DNA of 64,000 bases from Syntrophales bacterium (GCA_963666365.2 CAXXNF010000001.1:1344001-1408000); one strand, 5' to 3'. Shown: positions 38,298-49,314, counted from the first letter of the stretch. Numbers and translations are program-made. The notes: a model not told the origin generated them from the letters alone.

Positions 38298-38864
38298 CTA
38301 TTTTTCGGAAAAAATCTTATCGAAGAAATCCTTTTGATCTTTGGGATAATAGATGGTCGTGCCCCTGTCGATAATAAGCGTCCCCTCGAGATGATCGATT
38401 TCGTGCTGGACCACGCGGGCAAGGTAGCCCGTGTAGCGCTTGTTGATTTTCCGCCCTTCCCGGTCCAGGCCCTTTACCTTGATGGATGTGGAACGCACCA
38501 CGTCGACGGTGATGGAAGGGCAGGAAAGGCAGCCTTCACTGTCCTTTTCGGTATCTCCTCTGGTCTGGGTGATGCGGGGATTGATCAGCACCTCAAAGTC
38601 GTCGCCGTCTTTAGAAAGCGGTGTTCGATTGTTGAGGTTTTTGCTTCGGAACACAATGATTTTTTTGCTGATTCCAATCTGCGGCGCCGCAAGACCGGCG
38701 GCGTCGTCACGACTGCAGAAGGCATCGATCAGTGTGTCGATGTCTTCCTTGTCTTTCGCGGTGAACGGCAGGGGAAGCTCGGCAGCCTTCCTTCTCAGCA
38801 GCTTCGATTCCTCTTCATTTATCTGATTATCTGCCCAGAGGCGCCATGTTTTGTGTGACGGCAT
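38298..38864 (-). CDS. def: Peptide deformylase
   Basis: AAGLAAPQIG, INP, EGCLS, QHEIDHLEG. Confidence 0.92.
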   Translation of the reverse strand: MPSHKTWRLWADNQINEEESKLLRRKAAELPLPFTAKDKEDIDTLIDAFCSRDDAAGLAAPQIGISKKIIVFRSKNLNNRTPLSKDGDDFEVLINPRITQTRGDTEKDSEGCLSCPSITVDVVRSTSIKVKGLDREGRKINKRYTGYLARVVQHEIDHLEGTLIIDRGTTIYYPKDQKDFFDKIFSEK

Positions 38865-39017
38865 GTTCTACTCCATCGAAAATTTTTATGCCACCGAGTA
38901 TATCACTAGAGGGTGCATATTTCAATCATGTTGAATATTATGTGCAATCTTGATAGTAGAGGTGAAAACAGCGAAGGGGTTGCAGGAGGGAAGAGCAGTG
39001 CGGGAGAGGATATAGAG

Positions 39018-40265
39018 GTGCTTGGCGAACTGATAACACGGGCGGCGCGGCGGGAGTTTTCCCGCGCCATGACTTTCGGGGATGGAGAATCTCCCTGCAT
39101 AGAACGGGGAGACGGCGAACCTCTGCGACTTTTGTACCTTCATGTTCCCTTTTGCGAAAGTCTTTGCCCCTATTGCTCCTTCAATCGAGTTCCCTTTGAA
39201 GAGACCCTGTGCCGAAACTATTTCAAGGCCCTGCGGAGGGAAATATCGCTCTACGAACGATTGGGCTACGATTTTGGCGGCGTCTACGTCGGCGGGGGCA
39301 CCCCGACGATCCTGATCGACGAGCTTGAAGAGACCCTTGCGCAGGTACGACGGGTCTTTTCAATTCGGGAAATCTCCGTCGAAACGAATCCCAATCATCT
39401 GACCGGAGACAATATAGCCATACTCAAGCGGGCGGGAACCAACCGGCTTTCCGTGGGGATACAAAGTTTTGACGACAGCCTTCTCAAGGCGATGGGCCGA
39501 TATCACAAGTACGGCGACGGCGCCTCCATTGCCGCGCAGTTGCGCAAAACCCTCGGGTGCTTCGATACACTGAACGCCGATATGATCTTCAATTTTCCGA
39601 GCCAGACCGAGGCCTCGCTCGCCGCCGATCTCGATATACTGGCGGCAACGGGGGTGGACCAGGTGACCTATTACCCGCTGATGGTGTCGGATTCGACGAA
39701 GAAAGACGTGACGCGGGCTTTGGGGAGAGTTGATTACGGGCGGGAAAGGCGTTTCTATGCCCAGATCGTCGCTCGCCTTGTGCCGGAATACCGGTTTTCG
39801 TCGGCCTGGTGTTTTTCAAGGAAGAATGCCATGATCGATGAGTATATCGTCGATTACGATGAGTATGCCGGGTTGGGAAGCGGGTCCATCGGCTACATGA
39901 AGGGAAGGTGCTACGCCAATACCTTCGGCATTCAGGAATATATCGATCGCCTCGAAGGGGGTGCACTGCCCCTGATGGCGTCGCGCACCTTTAAAAGAAG
40001 GGAATTGATTCGCTACGATTTTATGATGAAGCTCTTTGGTTGTACCCTTCCCCTTCGATCGCTGCTCGAAAAGTACGGTCCCGCATCGATTGTGCTCTTG
40101 ATCGGCGATATCGCCCCCTTTGTTCTGGCGGGGGGGCTGCGCTACCGCCGCGGTGCGTTCCACCTTACGGCACGGGGCCGGTACTACTGGGTAGTGATGA
40201 TGCGTGAATTTTTCACTGCCGTAAACAACTTTCGGGATTTTTGCCGCAACAGTCAGGGAATGTGA
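39018..40265 (+). CDS. HemN-like (class C) radical SAM protein, probably a menaquinone methyltransferase (MenK/MqnK type)
   Basis: LYLHVPFCESLCPYCSF, GGGTPT, RLSVGIQSF, plus QVTYYPLM and C-terminal MMREFF. Start taken as GTG 39018. Confidence 0.75.
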   Translation: MLGELITRAARREFSRAMTFGDGESPCIERGDGEPLRLLYLHVPFCESLCPYCSFNRVPFEETLCRNYFKALRREISLYERLGYDFGGVYVGGGTPTILIDELEETLAQVRRVFSIREISVETNPNHLTGDNIAILKRAGTNRLSVGIQSFDDSLLKAMGRYHKYGDGASIAAQLRKTLGCFDTLNADMIFNFPSQTEASLAADLDILAATGVDQVTYYPLMVSDSTKKDVTRALGRVDYGRERRFYAQIVARLVPEYRFSSAWCFSRKNAMIDEYIVDYDEYAGLGSGSIGYMKGRCYANTFGIQEYIDRLEGGALPLMASRTFKRRELIRYDFMMKLFGCTLPLRSLLEKYGPASIVLLIGDIAPFVLAGGLRYRRGAFHLTARGRYYWVVMMREFFTAVNNFRDFCRNSQGM

Positions 40266-40272
40266 GGCTGCC

Positions 40273-41712
40273 ATGAAGAATGACACACAAGAGGCGTTGC
40301 GATTGCTGCCGAAGATGGATGAGGTGATTCGCCTTTTGGAGGGGACCGATCTGGCCGAAAGGTTTCCCCGGCATCTCGTCGTGGAAGCCTGCCGGTCGGC
40401 AGTGGACCGGATGCGGGGGGCCATTATGAAGGCAAAAAGGGGTTCTGTCCCGCATCCCTCTGCCGAGGGCGCTGCCGCACTGGCAAGGGCACGCCTCGAA
40501 AAACTTGCCGGCCGCAGTCTTCGAAGGGTGGTGAATGCCACAGGAATTATTCTCCATACCAACCTGGGAAGGGCGCCGCTCTGCGAAGAGGCTCTGGAAC
40601 AAGTCGCTTCGGTAAGTGCAGGCTATTCGAATCTGGAATTCGATCTTGAAGAGGGCGCACGGGGTCTGCGGTACGATCACGTGCGGGATATGCTCTGCGC
40701 GCTGACCGGCGCTGAGGATGCCCTTGTGGTGAACAATAATGCCGCCGCCGTGCTGCTTGTGCTCAACACCCTGGCCGAAGGAAAAGAAGCCATTGTATCC
40801 CGGGGGGAACTGATCGAGATCGGAGGGGAGTTCCGCATTCCCGAGGTAATGCAGAAAAGCGGGTCCATCCTCGTAGAAACAGGCACCACGAACAGAACGC
40901 ATTTGTCCGATTACGTAAATGCCGTCAGCGACGCCACAGGTATTATTCTGAAGGTGCATACCAGCAATTTCAGGACCGTCGGATTTACCGAAGAGGTGGA
41001 ATCCCGGACCCTGGTCGAGCTGGGAAGACAGCGGGGAATTCCCGTAATGAACGATCTCGGCAGCGGCTGTTTTATCGATCTCGAGCAGTTCGGGCTCGTT
41101 CACGAACCGACGGTGCAGGAAGTGGTCCGCTCAGGTGTGGACGTGGTGACCTTCAGCGGCGACAAACTGCTGGGCGGCCCCCAGGCGGGGATCATTGTGG
41201 GAAGAGAGGAAATCCTTTTGAAAATAAAGAAGAATCCGCTTAACCGGGCCCTTCGGATCGACAAGCTGACACTGGCTGCACTGGAGGCCACCCTGAAACA
41301 GTACCTCCTTATCGAAGAGGCGCCCCTGCATCTTCGTGTTCTTCACGCCCTCACGGCGCCTCTCGCAGAGATTCAGGGGCGGGCTGAAATGCTGCAGGCC
41401 CGTCTTGAGGCACTTCACGATGGCCGGTTCACCTTTGCGCTGAAAAAAGGGGCCTCCCTCGCCGGAGGCGGATCGCTTCCCACCCAGGAATTTCCGACTG
41501 TGGTCGTCGCGATCAGGGCGGAACACCTTTCGGCGAACAGGCTCGAGGCAAGGCTTCGCCGACTTCCCGTACCCATTGTGGGAAGGATCTATGACGAAGA
41601 GGTGCTCCTTGATCCGCGCACGATTTCCGATGATGAAATCCCTCTTGTCGTGGAGGGCTTTACCGCACTCGTCCAGGAACAGCGCGTGCCCTCTTCCTTG
41701 GATACTCCCTGA
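40273..41712 (+). CDS. selA: L-seryl-tRNA(Sec) selenium transferase (selenocysteine synthase)
   Basis: VNATGIILHTNLGRA, VNNNAAAV, SRGELIEIGG.FRIP, KVHTSNF, FSGDKLLGGPQAG, RALRIDK. Confidence 0.96.
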   Translation: MKNDTQEALRLLPKMDEVIRLLEGTDLAERFPRHLVVEACRSAVDRMRGAIMKAKRGSVPHPSAEGAAALARARLEKLAGRSLRRVVNATGIILHTNLGRAPLCEEALEQVASVSAGYSNLEFDLEEGARGLRYDHVRDMLCALTGAEDALVVNNNAAAVLLVLNTLAEGKEAIVSRGELIEIGGEFRIPEVMQKSGSILVETGTTNRTHLSDYVNAVSDATGIILKVHTSNFRTVGFTEEVESRTLVELGRQRGIPVMNDLGSGCFIDLEQFGLVHEPTVQEVVRSGVDVVTFSGDKLLGGPQAGIIVGREEILLKIKKNPLNRALRIDKLTLAALEATLKQYLLIEEAPLHLRVLHALTAPLAEIQGRAEMLQARLEALHDGRFTFALKKGASLAGGGSLPTQEFPTVVVAIRAEHLSANRLEARLRRLPVPIVGRIYDEEVLLDPRTISDDEIPLVVEGFTALVQEQRVPSSLDTP

Positions 41713-41737
41713 AGAGAAACGGTCAGGATAGAAGGTC

Positions 41738-42727
41738 ATGACAAGGGCTGAAGAAACAATCCATCGTTATGCCATTGGAGAAAGTGAGGGGGGAATTCGG
41801 CTGGATCTCTATCTCGCCGCGGGGGATCTCAATCTTTCGCGATCCCAGATAAAGCGGGCGATCGACCAGGGACGAGTCAGCGTCAATGAGGCCTCCGTAA
41901 AGCCGGGCTATCATCTCAGGGTGGGCGACAGGGTGAAGGTTGCCATAGAGCCGCCCAGGCCCTGGGACCTCAAGCCGGAAGAGATTCCCCTTGCGGTTGT
42001 CTTCGAAGACGAGTTTCTCGTGGTGATAGACAAGCCCGCCGGCATGGTCGTACATCCCGGGGCGGGAAATCCCGGGGGCACTCTCGTCAATGCACTGCTG
42101 GCCCATTGCGACGATCTCTCCGGAATCGGGGGCTATGTACGGCCGGGCATTGTCCATCGCCTCGACAAAGATACGTCGGGCCTTATCGTAGTTGCCAAAA
42201 AAGACAGCATTCACCGGCATTTAGCCGATCAGTTTAAAGAACGGCGCGTAACCAAGATATATCAGGCGATTGTCCATGGCGTCATGCGTCAGAATGAAGG
42301 AGTAATCAATGCCGCTATCGGACGGCATCCCGTCGATCGAAAAAAAATGTCCACCTCAAGCAGACAAGGGAAGACGGCGCTTACGAGGTGGACGGTTCGA
42401 GAACGGTTTCATGGCGTGACCTTTCTCGATGCGCGCATCGAAACAGGAAGAACTCACCAGATACGGGTCCATCTGAGCGCGATCGGGCATCCCCTTGTGG
42501 GAGACCCGGAATACGGCGGTGCGAAAAAAAGAATAGCCATGATTGCCGATCAAAGAGTGCGCACGGCGCTTTCGGTCATAGGAAGGCAGGCGCTTCATGC
42601 GGGATATCTGAGTTTTCGTCATCCTCACTACGGAACGGCCGTTACCTGCAGAGCGCCCCTGCCCGCCGATATGCGCGGCGTCCTGGACGCGCTCAGAGTC
42701 GGCGCGCCGTCTCAAACCGGGCAATGA
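41738..42727 (+). CDS. rluD: 23S rRNA pseudouridine synthase, RluD-type
   Basis: N-terminal S4 domain (RLDLYL), KPAGMVVHP, HRLDKDTSG, TGRTHQIRVH; adjacent to pgeF. Confidence 0.9.
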   Translation: MTRAEETIHRYAIGESEGGIRLDLYLAAGDLNLSRSQIKRAIDQGRVSVNEASVKPGYHLRVGDRVKVAIEPPRPWDLKPEEIPLAVVFEDEFLVVIDKPAGMVVHPGAGNPGGTLVNALLAHCDDLSGIGGYVRPGIVHRLDKDTSGLIVVAKKDSIHRHLADQFKERRVTKIYQAIVHGVMRQNEGVINAAIGRHPVDRKKMSTSSRQGKTALTRWTVRERFHGVTFLDARIETGRTHQIRVHLSAIGHPLVGDPEYGGAKKRIAMIADQRVRTALSVIGRQALHAGYLSFRHPHYGTAVTCRAPLPADMRGVLDALRVGAPSQTGQ

Positions 42728-42728
42728 T

Positions 42729-43457
42729 ATGAGCGAGACAGCGCCCTGTGGAACAACTCACGGTATCCGATCGAGGATTCTCGATGTCTTTGATGACGTA
42801 GTGCATGCCTTCGGTACTCGATGGGCAGGAGATGATCTGCACGCCTATGCAGCGCATTTCCATTTGGACCCCGACTGTTTATTTACAGCAACACAGGTCC
42901 ACGGCACTGACATTTTCGTGCTGAACGATTCGGAATATGAAGCGATTCCACGAGGGGAAGTGTTCTGTGACGGCATAATCACCACCCGCCGCGGACTCGC
43001 CCTGGGTGTGCGAACGGCCGATTGTGCGCCCTTACTGCTTTTCGATCCTGTGAACGGGGCAATCGGGGCAATTCATGCGGGATGGCGAGGGACTGCCGGG
43101 GAAATTGCGGTGCACGCTGTCCGGTCCTTTATCCGTTTCTTCTCCTCCGATCCTTCCGGCATGTATGCAGTGATTGGACCCGCCATAGGGCCATGCTGCT
43201 ATGAGGTGGATCTTCCCGTGTTTCAGGCAATGAGAAGACACCGGTGGTCTGAATCGGTCTTTGCCGCAGGCCGGAATCAGGGGGCATGGACGCTTGATCT
43301 GGGCGAGGCCAATCGCCTTCAGTTGATCGGCGCGGGCATTCTCGATGAACACATCGCATTGATCTCCCTTTGCACCGCCTGCCGAAAGGACCTTTTTTTC
43401 TCATACAGGGCCGAGGGGACCACCGGAAGGCAACTGAGCTTCATCATGAGAAAATAA
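42729..43457 (+). CDS. pgeF: PgeF/YfiH family protein (purine nucleoside phosphorylase / peptidoglycan editing factor)
   Basis: QVHG, TADCAP, HAGWRG, GPAIGPCCYEV, CT.C...FFSYR. Confidence 0.9.
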   Translation: MSETAPCGTTHGIRSRILDVFDDVVHAFGTRWAGDDLHAYAAHFHLDPDCLFTATQVHGTDIFVLNDSEYEAIPRGEVFCDGIITTRRGLALGVRTADCAPLLLFDPVNGAIGAIHAGWRGTAGEIAVHAVRSFIRFFSSDPSGMYAVIGPAIGPCCYEVDLPVFQAMRRHRWSESVFAAGRNQGAWTLDLGEANRLQLIGAGILDEHIALISLCTACRKDLFFSYRAEGTTGRQLSFIMRK

Positions 43458-43526
43458 AGGGTTTGCGCGAACAGGAGCTGATTTTGCGGATTCTATTCAA
43501 ATGGCACAAATTGTTTGAGAATTGTC

Positions 43527-43556
43527 TTGACACAAGGGTCGGACTTCATATATATT
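43527..43556 (+). promoter_or_regulatory. Putative sigma70 promoter about 400 nt upstream of rho
   Basis: TTGACA (43527-43532), 18 nt spacer, TATATT (43551-43556). Confidence 0.5.
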
Positions 43557-43956
43557 AATCACCGTCGAAAATACGTGTACGCCACATCCTTCCCAAGTAA
43601 GTACGCCGGGAGTTCACGTTAATTACCGAGAAAATAGTGTCCGTAAAGCATAATGATTATCGTTGAAGAGAGGAAAAATTTTTTTCAGCAATTCTGCACT
43701 TTCCTTTGCAAGTGGATGTAACAGGGTCTTAATCCACTGATTTTAACCCCAGTCGATGAGAATTGTTATCAAAAATCAATGTGTGTTCTTAAAATCCGGT
43801 TTCCCGAATTTTCAATGGTGGCTGGTGCCGGTTAAATGGTACAGGCCGGTTCAAATTCGCAGGAGACAATAAAAAAAGACCATCTCCGTTCTCTGAACGC
43901 ATAAAGGGCGTGACGCGATATCAGGGCGGGGAAGTATACTACGTAAGGAAGAGGGT

Positions 43957-45204
43957 ATGAACATTTCAGAATTAAAAAAACACTCCATAGGGGAACTGAA
44001 TCACCTTGCCAAGGAGTTAAATGTCCCCGATGCAAGCGGGATGAGAAGGCAGGATCTCATCTTCTCGATTCTCCAGTACCAGTCGGAGAAAAACGGCTTC
44101 ATCACGGGAGAAGGCGTACTGGAAACGTTGCCCGACGGATTCGGATTCCTGAGATCCGTTGATTACAACTACTTGCCCGGCCCCGACGATATTTACATTT
44201 CTCCGTCACAGATTCGAAGATTCGGCCTTAAAACGGGTGATACCGTTTCCGGCGAAATACGGCCCCCCAAAGAGGGTGAAAAATATTTTGCTCTTCTCAA
44301 AGTCAACCTGGTGAATTTCGAAACGCCCGAAATGGCCAAGGACAAAATACTTTTCGACAATCTTACCCCCCTCTATCCCGATGAAAAGCTCAATCTCGAG
44401 TCGGACAGCGAAAACTATTCGACGCGAATCATGGACATTTTCACTCCTATCGGCAAAGGGCAGCGCGGTCTGATCGTCTCGCCGCCGCGGGCCGGGAAAA
44501 CGGTCCTCCTGAAAGATATCGCCAACAGCATCACCGCCAAACATGAAGAAGTGACGCTTATGGTGCTGCTCATCGATGAACGGCCCGAAGAGGTCACCGA
44601 TATGGAACGCAGCGTCAGCGGGGAAGTGATTGCTTCGACCTTTGACGAAACGGCGGCGCGACACGTCCAGGTTGCCGAGATGGTCATAGAAAAGGCCAAA
44701 CGGCTGGTAGAGCACAAAAAGGACGTAGTGATCCTCCTTGACAGCATTACCAGGCTGGCCCGCGCCTACAACACCGTCGTGCCGCCCAGCGGCAAGGTGC
44801 TGTCCGGTGGCGTTGACTCCAATGCCCTGCATAAACCGAAGAGGTTTTTCGGCGCCGCCCGGAACATAGAGCAGGGAGGAAGCCTTACCATCATTTCCAC
44901 GGCCCTTATCGATACGGGAAGCCGCATGGATGAAGTTATCTTCGAAGAATTCAAGGGCACGGGCAACATGGAGCTCCACCTCGATCGGAGAATTGCCGAC
45001 AGGCGCGTTTTTCCCGCCTTCGACTTGATCCGTTCGGGTACGCGAAAAGAAGAAATGCTGATTCCCAAAGAACACCTGAATAGAGTGTGGATACTGAGAA
45101 GGCTGCTTCAGGAAATGAATCCCGTTGATGCAATGGAGTTTATCATTGACAGAATTAAGAGAACCGAAACCAACGTAGAGTTTTTCGATGCCATGAATCA
45201 GTGA
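43957..45204 (+). CDS. rho: Transcription termination factor Rho
   Basis: [57 protein letters not shown]. Confidence 0.98.
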   Translation: MNISELKKHSIGELNHLAKELNVPDASGMRRQDLIFSILQYQSEKNGFITGEGVLETLPDGFGFLRSVDYNYLPGPDDIYISPSQIRRFGLKTGDTVSGEIRPPKEGEKYFALLKVNLVNFETPEMAKDKILFDNLTPLYPDEKLNLESDSENYSTRIMDIFTPIGKGQRGLIVSPPRAGKTVLLKDIANSITAKHEEVTLMVLLIDERPEEVTDMERSVSGEVIASTFDETAARHVQVAEMVIEKAKRLVEHKKDVVILLDSITRLARAYNTVVPPSGKVLSGGVDSNALHKPKRFFGAARNIEQGGSLTIISTALIDTGSRMDEVIFEEFKGTGNMELHLDRRIADRRVFPAFDLIRSGTRKEEMLIPKEHLNRVWILRRLLQEMNPVDAMEFIIDRIKRTETNVEFFDAMNQ

Positions 45205-45302
45205 GACGGGCAGGGCAAGGGCAAAAGAAAAATAGCTTGATTTTTACGAAAATATTAATATAATCCTTCGCTTTCTAAGAAAGGACAGAGAAAGAGATCG
45301 TC

Positions 45303-45524
45303 ATGAAAAAAGATATTCACCCGGAATATAAAAAAGCGACAGTCACCTGCGTATGCGGCAATGTCTTTGAAACACGCTCGACGAGACCGGAAATCAAGGT
45401 TGAAATTTGCTCCAAGTGTCATCCCTTCATGACCGGCAAGCAGAAAATTATGGATGTAGCCGGAAGGGTAGAGAAATTTAAACAGAAATACGCCGGAATC
45501 GAAACTCAGAGGCGGGGAAAGTAG
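45303..45524 (+). CDS. rpmE: 50S ribosomal protein L31 (zinc-binding form)
   Basis: [29 protein letters not shown]. Confidence 0.97.
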   Translation: MKKDIHPEYKKATVTCVCGNVFETRSTRPEIKVEICSKCHPFMTGKQKIMDVAGRVEKFKQKYAGIETQRRGK

Positions 45525-45668
45525 TCGCACTGCCTGGAAGATGTCACGCACCGTAGCGGCATGCTCCCGGAGTGTGGTGCTTCGCGGTTTTCATCCTGCG
45601 CCCGCAGGGTTCTCCTTGTGTATAATTCCCCAAGGTCATCAGTGTTCTAGAGATTGTGATACGTTTCC

Positions 45669-46733
45669 ATGCTTGACAAGCTGAAAGAAATAGAGACGCG
45701 CTACGACGAACTGGAAGCGCTGCTGAGCGAGCAATCGGTGATCGGAAATTTCAGCCGGTATCAGCGCTACGCCAAGGAACATTCCGATCTTTCCGAAGTG
45801 ATCGAAACCTTCAGAGATCATGAAAAAACAAGGGACCAGATCGATGAAAATAACGCGCTGCTGAAAGAGGCGGACCCGGAGATTCGCGCACTGGCATCGG
45901 AGGAACTGGTGCAGCTCGAGGAAAAACTCGACAGGCTGGAAAGGAGGCTGAAATTTCTTCTCCTTCCCAAGGATCCCAATGATGAGCGGAATGTGTTTCT
46001 GGAAATTCGGGCAGGCACCGGAGGTGAAGAAGCCGCCCTCTTTGCCGCCGACCTCTTTCGCATGTACTCGATGTATGCGGAACGGTGCGGCTGGAAGACG
46101 GAAGTGATCAGTACAAGCTGGTCCGGCGGCATGGGGGGCTTCAAAGAAGTTATCGTGCAGATGGAAGGTCTGGGCGCCTACAGCAAATTAAAATATGAAA
46201 GCGGCGTGCATCGCGTCCAGAGGGTGCCGGTTACGGAAGCACAGGGAAGAATTCACACGTCCGCAGTGACGGTTGCGGTGCTTCCCGAGGCGGAGGATGT
46301 GGAAGTGACGATCGATCCCAATGATCTGCGCATCGATGTGTACCGCTCCACCGGACATGGCGGGCAGAGCGTCAATACCACCGATTCAGCCGTTAGAATC
46401 ACGCACCTGCCCACAGGGATGGTGGTGACCTGCCAGGACGAAAAATCACAGCATAAAAATAAGGCCAAGGCGCTCAAGGTTTTGAAAGCGAGGCTCCTCG
46501 ACCAGGTCGAGGCGGAACAGGCGGCGGAGATATCGGAAACAAGGAAAAAACAGGTGGGAAGCGGCGACAGAAGCCAGCGGATCAGGACCTATAATTTCCC
46601 TCAGGGAAGAGTGACCGATCATCGCATAGGGCTTACCCTGTACAACCTGAATGACATTCTTGACGGCAACATAGCGCCCATCGTTGAGGCGCTCATGACG
46701 CACTATCAGACGGAGGCGCTTAAGGGGCTGTAG
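45669..46733 (+). CDS. prfA: Peptide chain release factor 1
   Basis: [21 protein letters not shown] (PxT anticodon mimic of RF1), [13 protein letters not shown]. Confidence 0.97.
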   Translation: MLDKLKEIETRYDELEALLSEQSVIGNFSRYQRYAKEHSDLSEVIETFRDHEKTRDQIDENNALLKEADPEIRALASEELVQLEEKLDRLERRLKFLLLPKDPNDERNVFLEIRAGTGGEEAALFAADLFRMYSMYAERCGWKTEVISTSWSGGMGGFKEVIVQMEGLGAYSKLKYESGVHRVQRVPVTEAQGRIHTSAVTVAVLPEAEDVEVTIDPNDLRIDVYRSTGHGGQSVNTTDSAVRITHLPTGMVVTCQDEKSQHKNKAKALKVLKARLLDQVEAEQAAEISETRKKQVGSGDRSQRIRTYNFPQGRVTDHRIGLTLYNLNDILDGNIAPIVEALMTHYQTEALKGL

Positions 46734-46754
46734 TTCGGCAAAAGGAGGCGCGGG

Positions 46755-48005
46755 GTGGATACAATTATCATAGAGGGTGGTCGGGAACTCGCCGGTGAAA
46801 TCGAGGTCAGCGGTGCGAAGAATGCGGCCTTGCCCATTCTCGCCGCATCGCTTCTGGCCGACGGATGGTGTACCTTTCATAATATCCCCGATCTGGTGGA
46901 TGTGCGCACAATAAAGAAACTGCTGGTCAGTCTCGGTGCGGAGGTGGAAGAGGGTGATCCGTTGCGGATCAACGGGGGCGATATAAAAAGCGGTCTGGCC
47001 TCCTATGATCTCGTCAAGACGATGCGCGCATCCATACTCGTACTGGGACCGCTCGTGGCCAGAATGGGCCGGGCGCGGGTATCGCTGCCAGGGGGATGCG
47101 CCATAGGTGCCCGCCCCGTGAATCTGCACCTGAAGGCCCTTCGGGCCCTCGGCGCCGAGATTGATATTCGCGACGGGTATGTGGAGGCGAAATGTGACAG
47201 TCTTCGGGGGACTACGATCTATTTTGATATCTCCACAGTGACAGGCACGGAAAATATAATGATGGCCGCGGTGCTGGCCAAAGGGACGACGGTGCTGGAA
47301 AATGCGGCGCGCGAGCCGGAGGTCGTAAATCTGGCGACTGTGCTGAACGGCATGGGTGCAAAAATTCGCGGCGCCGGCACCGATCTGATTACCATCGAGG
47401 GAGTGGCGTCTCTTCATCCCGTCGAGGCCCGGGTTATCCCCGATCGCGTGGAAGCGGGAACCTACATGATCGCTGCGGCGTTAACCGGCGGGGAAGTGCT
47501 GCTGCGAGGGGCGGAATCGACGCACCTTGAGGCGCTTATCACGAAACTTCGTGAAGCCGGCGTGTCTATCGATGACGCCGACGGGGGGCTCAGGGTTTCA
47601 AGAACAGGGAGGGTGCAGGGCGTCGATATTACTACCCTTCCCTATCCGGGGTTTCCCACGGATCTCCAGGCCCAGATGATGGTGCTCATGACGGGGGCGC
47701 AGGGCATCAGTGTGATCCGGGAAACGGTCTTCGAAAACAGATTCATGCACGTCAACGAGCTAATGAGAATGGGTGCTGATATTCTGATCGAGGGAAACCG
47801 GGCGGTGGTAAAGGGAGTGGAACGGCTGAGAGGGGCACCGGTAATGGCGACCGATCTTCGGGCTTCCGCATCGCTTGTCCTTGCGGGACTTGTGGCGGAA
47901 GGGACCACCGAGCTTTCACGAGTATATCATCTCGATCGCGGCTATGAGGGGATAGAAAAAAAGCTTGCCGGCCTGGGAGCGCGTATCAGGAGGGTGCGGG
48001 AATAA
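46755..48005 (+). CDS. murA: UDP-N-acetylglucosamine 1-carboxyvinyltransferase
   Basis: [45 protein letters not shown]. Confidence 0.97.
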   Translation: MDTIIIEGGRELAGEIEVSGAKNAALPILAASLLADGWCTFHNIPDLVDVRTIKKLLVSLGAEVEEGDPLRINGGDIKSGLASYDLVKTMRASILVLGPLVARMGRARVSLPGGCAIGARPVNLHLKALRALGAEIDIRDGYVEAKCDSLRGTTIYFDISTVTGTENIMMAAVLAKGTTVLENAAREPEVVNLATVLNGMGAKIRGAGTDLITIEGVASLHPVEARVIPDRVEAGTYMIAAALTGGEVLLRGAESTHLEALITKLREAGVSIDDADGGLRVSRTGRVQGVDITTLPYPGFPTDLQAQMMVLMTGAQGISVIRETVFENRFMHVNELMRMGADILIEGNRAVVKGVERLRGAPVMATDLRASASLVLAGLVAEGTTELSRVYHLDRGYEGIEKKLAGLGARIRRVRE

Positions 48006-48006
48006 C

Positions 48007-49314
48007 ATGAAGATCATAGAATCGGGTTCACCGGAATTCCAGGGGGAACTGCAGCGCATCACAGGAAGAGGCGAGACCTTTGACAGTAAGATTATGGAGA
48101 TCGTCAGCGACGTTCTGCGCAATGTGGCCGCAGAGGGAGACAAGGCGCTGTTTGAGTATGTCGCGCGCTTCGATGGTATAACGCTCGATGAACGCACCGT
48201 TGCGCTTACCGACGAAGAGCGGGAGGACGCATGCCGTCGCGTCGATCCCGCGAATATGAATCTATTGCAGTTGGCGGCGGACAGGATCGAACGATTTCAT
48301 CGGTCTCAGACGATCAATTCATGGTTTACCGTCGATGAGGAGGGAACGGAACTGGGACAGCTGGTGCGTCCGCTGGAACGGGTCTGTGTCTATGCGCCCG
48401 GCGGAAGGGCCCCCTATCCCTCGACGGTCCTTATGGCGGCAATTCCCGCCCGTGTAGCGGGAGTGGAAAAGATATTTCTCGCCACGCCAGAAAAGGCGGG
48501 GGGCATCGATCCGCTTATTGTTGCAGCCGCCCAGGTGGCGGGAGTCGATCAGATTTTCAGAATTGGCGGTGCACAGGCAATTGCCGCCTTTGCCTACGGA
48601 ACGGCGTCGATTCCCCGGGTCGATAAGATCGTCGGTCCGGGCAATATCTATGTGGCAACGGCAAAACGCATGGTCTTCGGCGCCGTGGGAATCGATATGA
48701 TCGCCGGGCCCAGCGAAATCGTGATCATCGCCGATGCATCGGCGCCCGCGGCCTATGTGGCCGCCGATCTCCTGTCACAGGCGGAGCATGACGAACTGGC
48801 CGGCGCCGTGTTGTTGACGCCGGAAAAGGAGGTTGCCCGGGCGGTTGCCGCTGAAATCGATCAGCAGTTGCGGGAGCTTCCCAGGGAATCGATTGCCGCG
48901 CAGTCTCTGGAAGGGTATGGCGGAATCGTGGTGACCCGGGACATGGATGAAGCGGTTGCGCTCGCAAATCGATTAGCTCCTGAGCACCTGGAACTGATGG
49001 TGGAGAATCCCCGGGAAATGCTCGGCAAAATTAAAAACGCCGGTGCGGTATTTCTGGGCTGTCGCACACCCGAGGCGGTAGGAGATTACATCGCAGGTCC
49101 CAACCATATCCTCCCCACGGCGGGAACGGCTCGCTTTTCTTCTCCTCTGGGGGTCTATGACTTTGTGAAAAGAACCAGCGTACTTTCTTTTTCTGCGGAA
49201 TCCATGGAACGATTCGGCGGGGCGGCCCTTCGATTTGCCACTCTTGAGGGGCTCGATGCGCATGCACGTTCGGTTGAAAAACGCATGCAGGGGAAAGAGA
49301 AACGGGGATCCTAA
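48007..49314 (+). CDS. hisD: Histidinol dehydrogenase
   Basis: Y.PGG.A.YPS, KIVGPGN.YV, IDMIAGPSE, DLLSQAEHD, APEHLEL, GDYIAGPNH. Start at ATG 48007. Confidence 0.96.
   Translation: MKIIESGSPEFQGELQRITGRGETFDSKIMEIVSDVLRNVAAEGDKALFEYVARFDGITLDERTVALTDEEREDACRRVDPANMNLLQLAADRIERFHRSQTINSWFTVDEEGTELGQLVRPLERVCVYAPGGRAPYPSTVLMAAIPARVAGVEKIFLATPEKAGGIDPLIVAAAQVAGVDQIFRIGGAQAIAAFAYGTASIPRVDKIVGPGNIYVATAKRMVFGAVGIDMIAGPSEIVIIADASAPAAYVAADLLSQAEHDELAGAVLLTPEKEVARAVAAEIDQQLRELPRESIAAQSLEGYGGIVVTRDMDEAVALANRLAPEHLELMVENPREMLGKIKNAGAVFLGCRTPEAVGDYIAGPNHILPTAGTARFSSPLGVYDFVKRTSVLSFSAESMERFGGAALRFATLEGLDAHARSVEKRMQGKEKRGS

Noticed and set aside
541..41712. Selenocysteine read-through in Cys-rich redox genes, prompted by selA
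   Set aside because: The Fe-S, DUF362, C_GCAxxG_C_C and dehydratase ORFs appear full length with their Cys motifs complete; no UGA was seen at a motif position.
46446..47417. 323-aa minus-strand ORF (similar cases at 40213-41103, 44206-45075, 18810-19658, 20728-21567)
   Set aside because: Shadow frames of conserved genes, expected from codon bias in GC-rich coding DNA.
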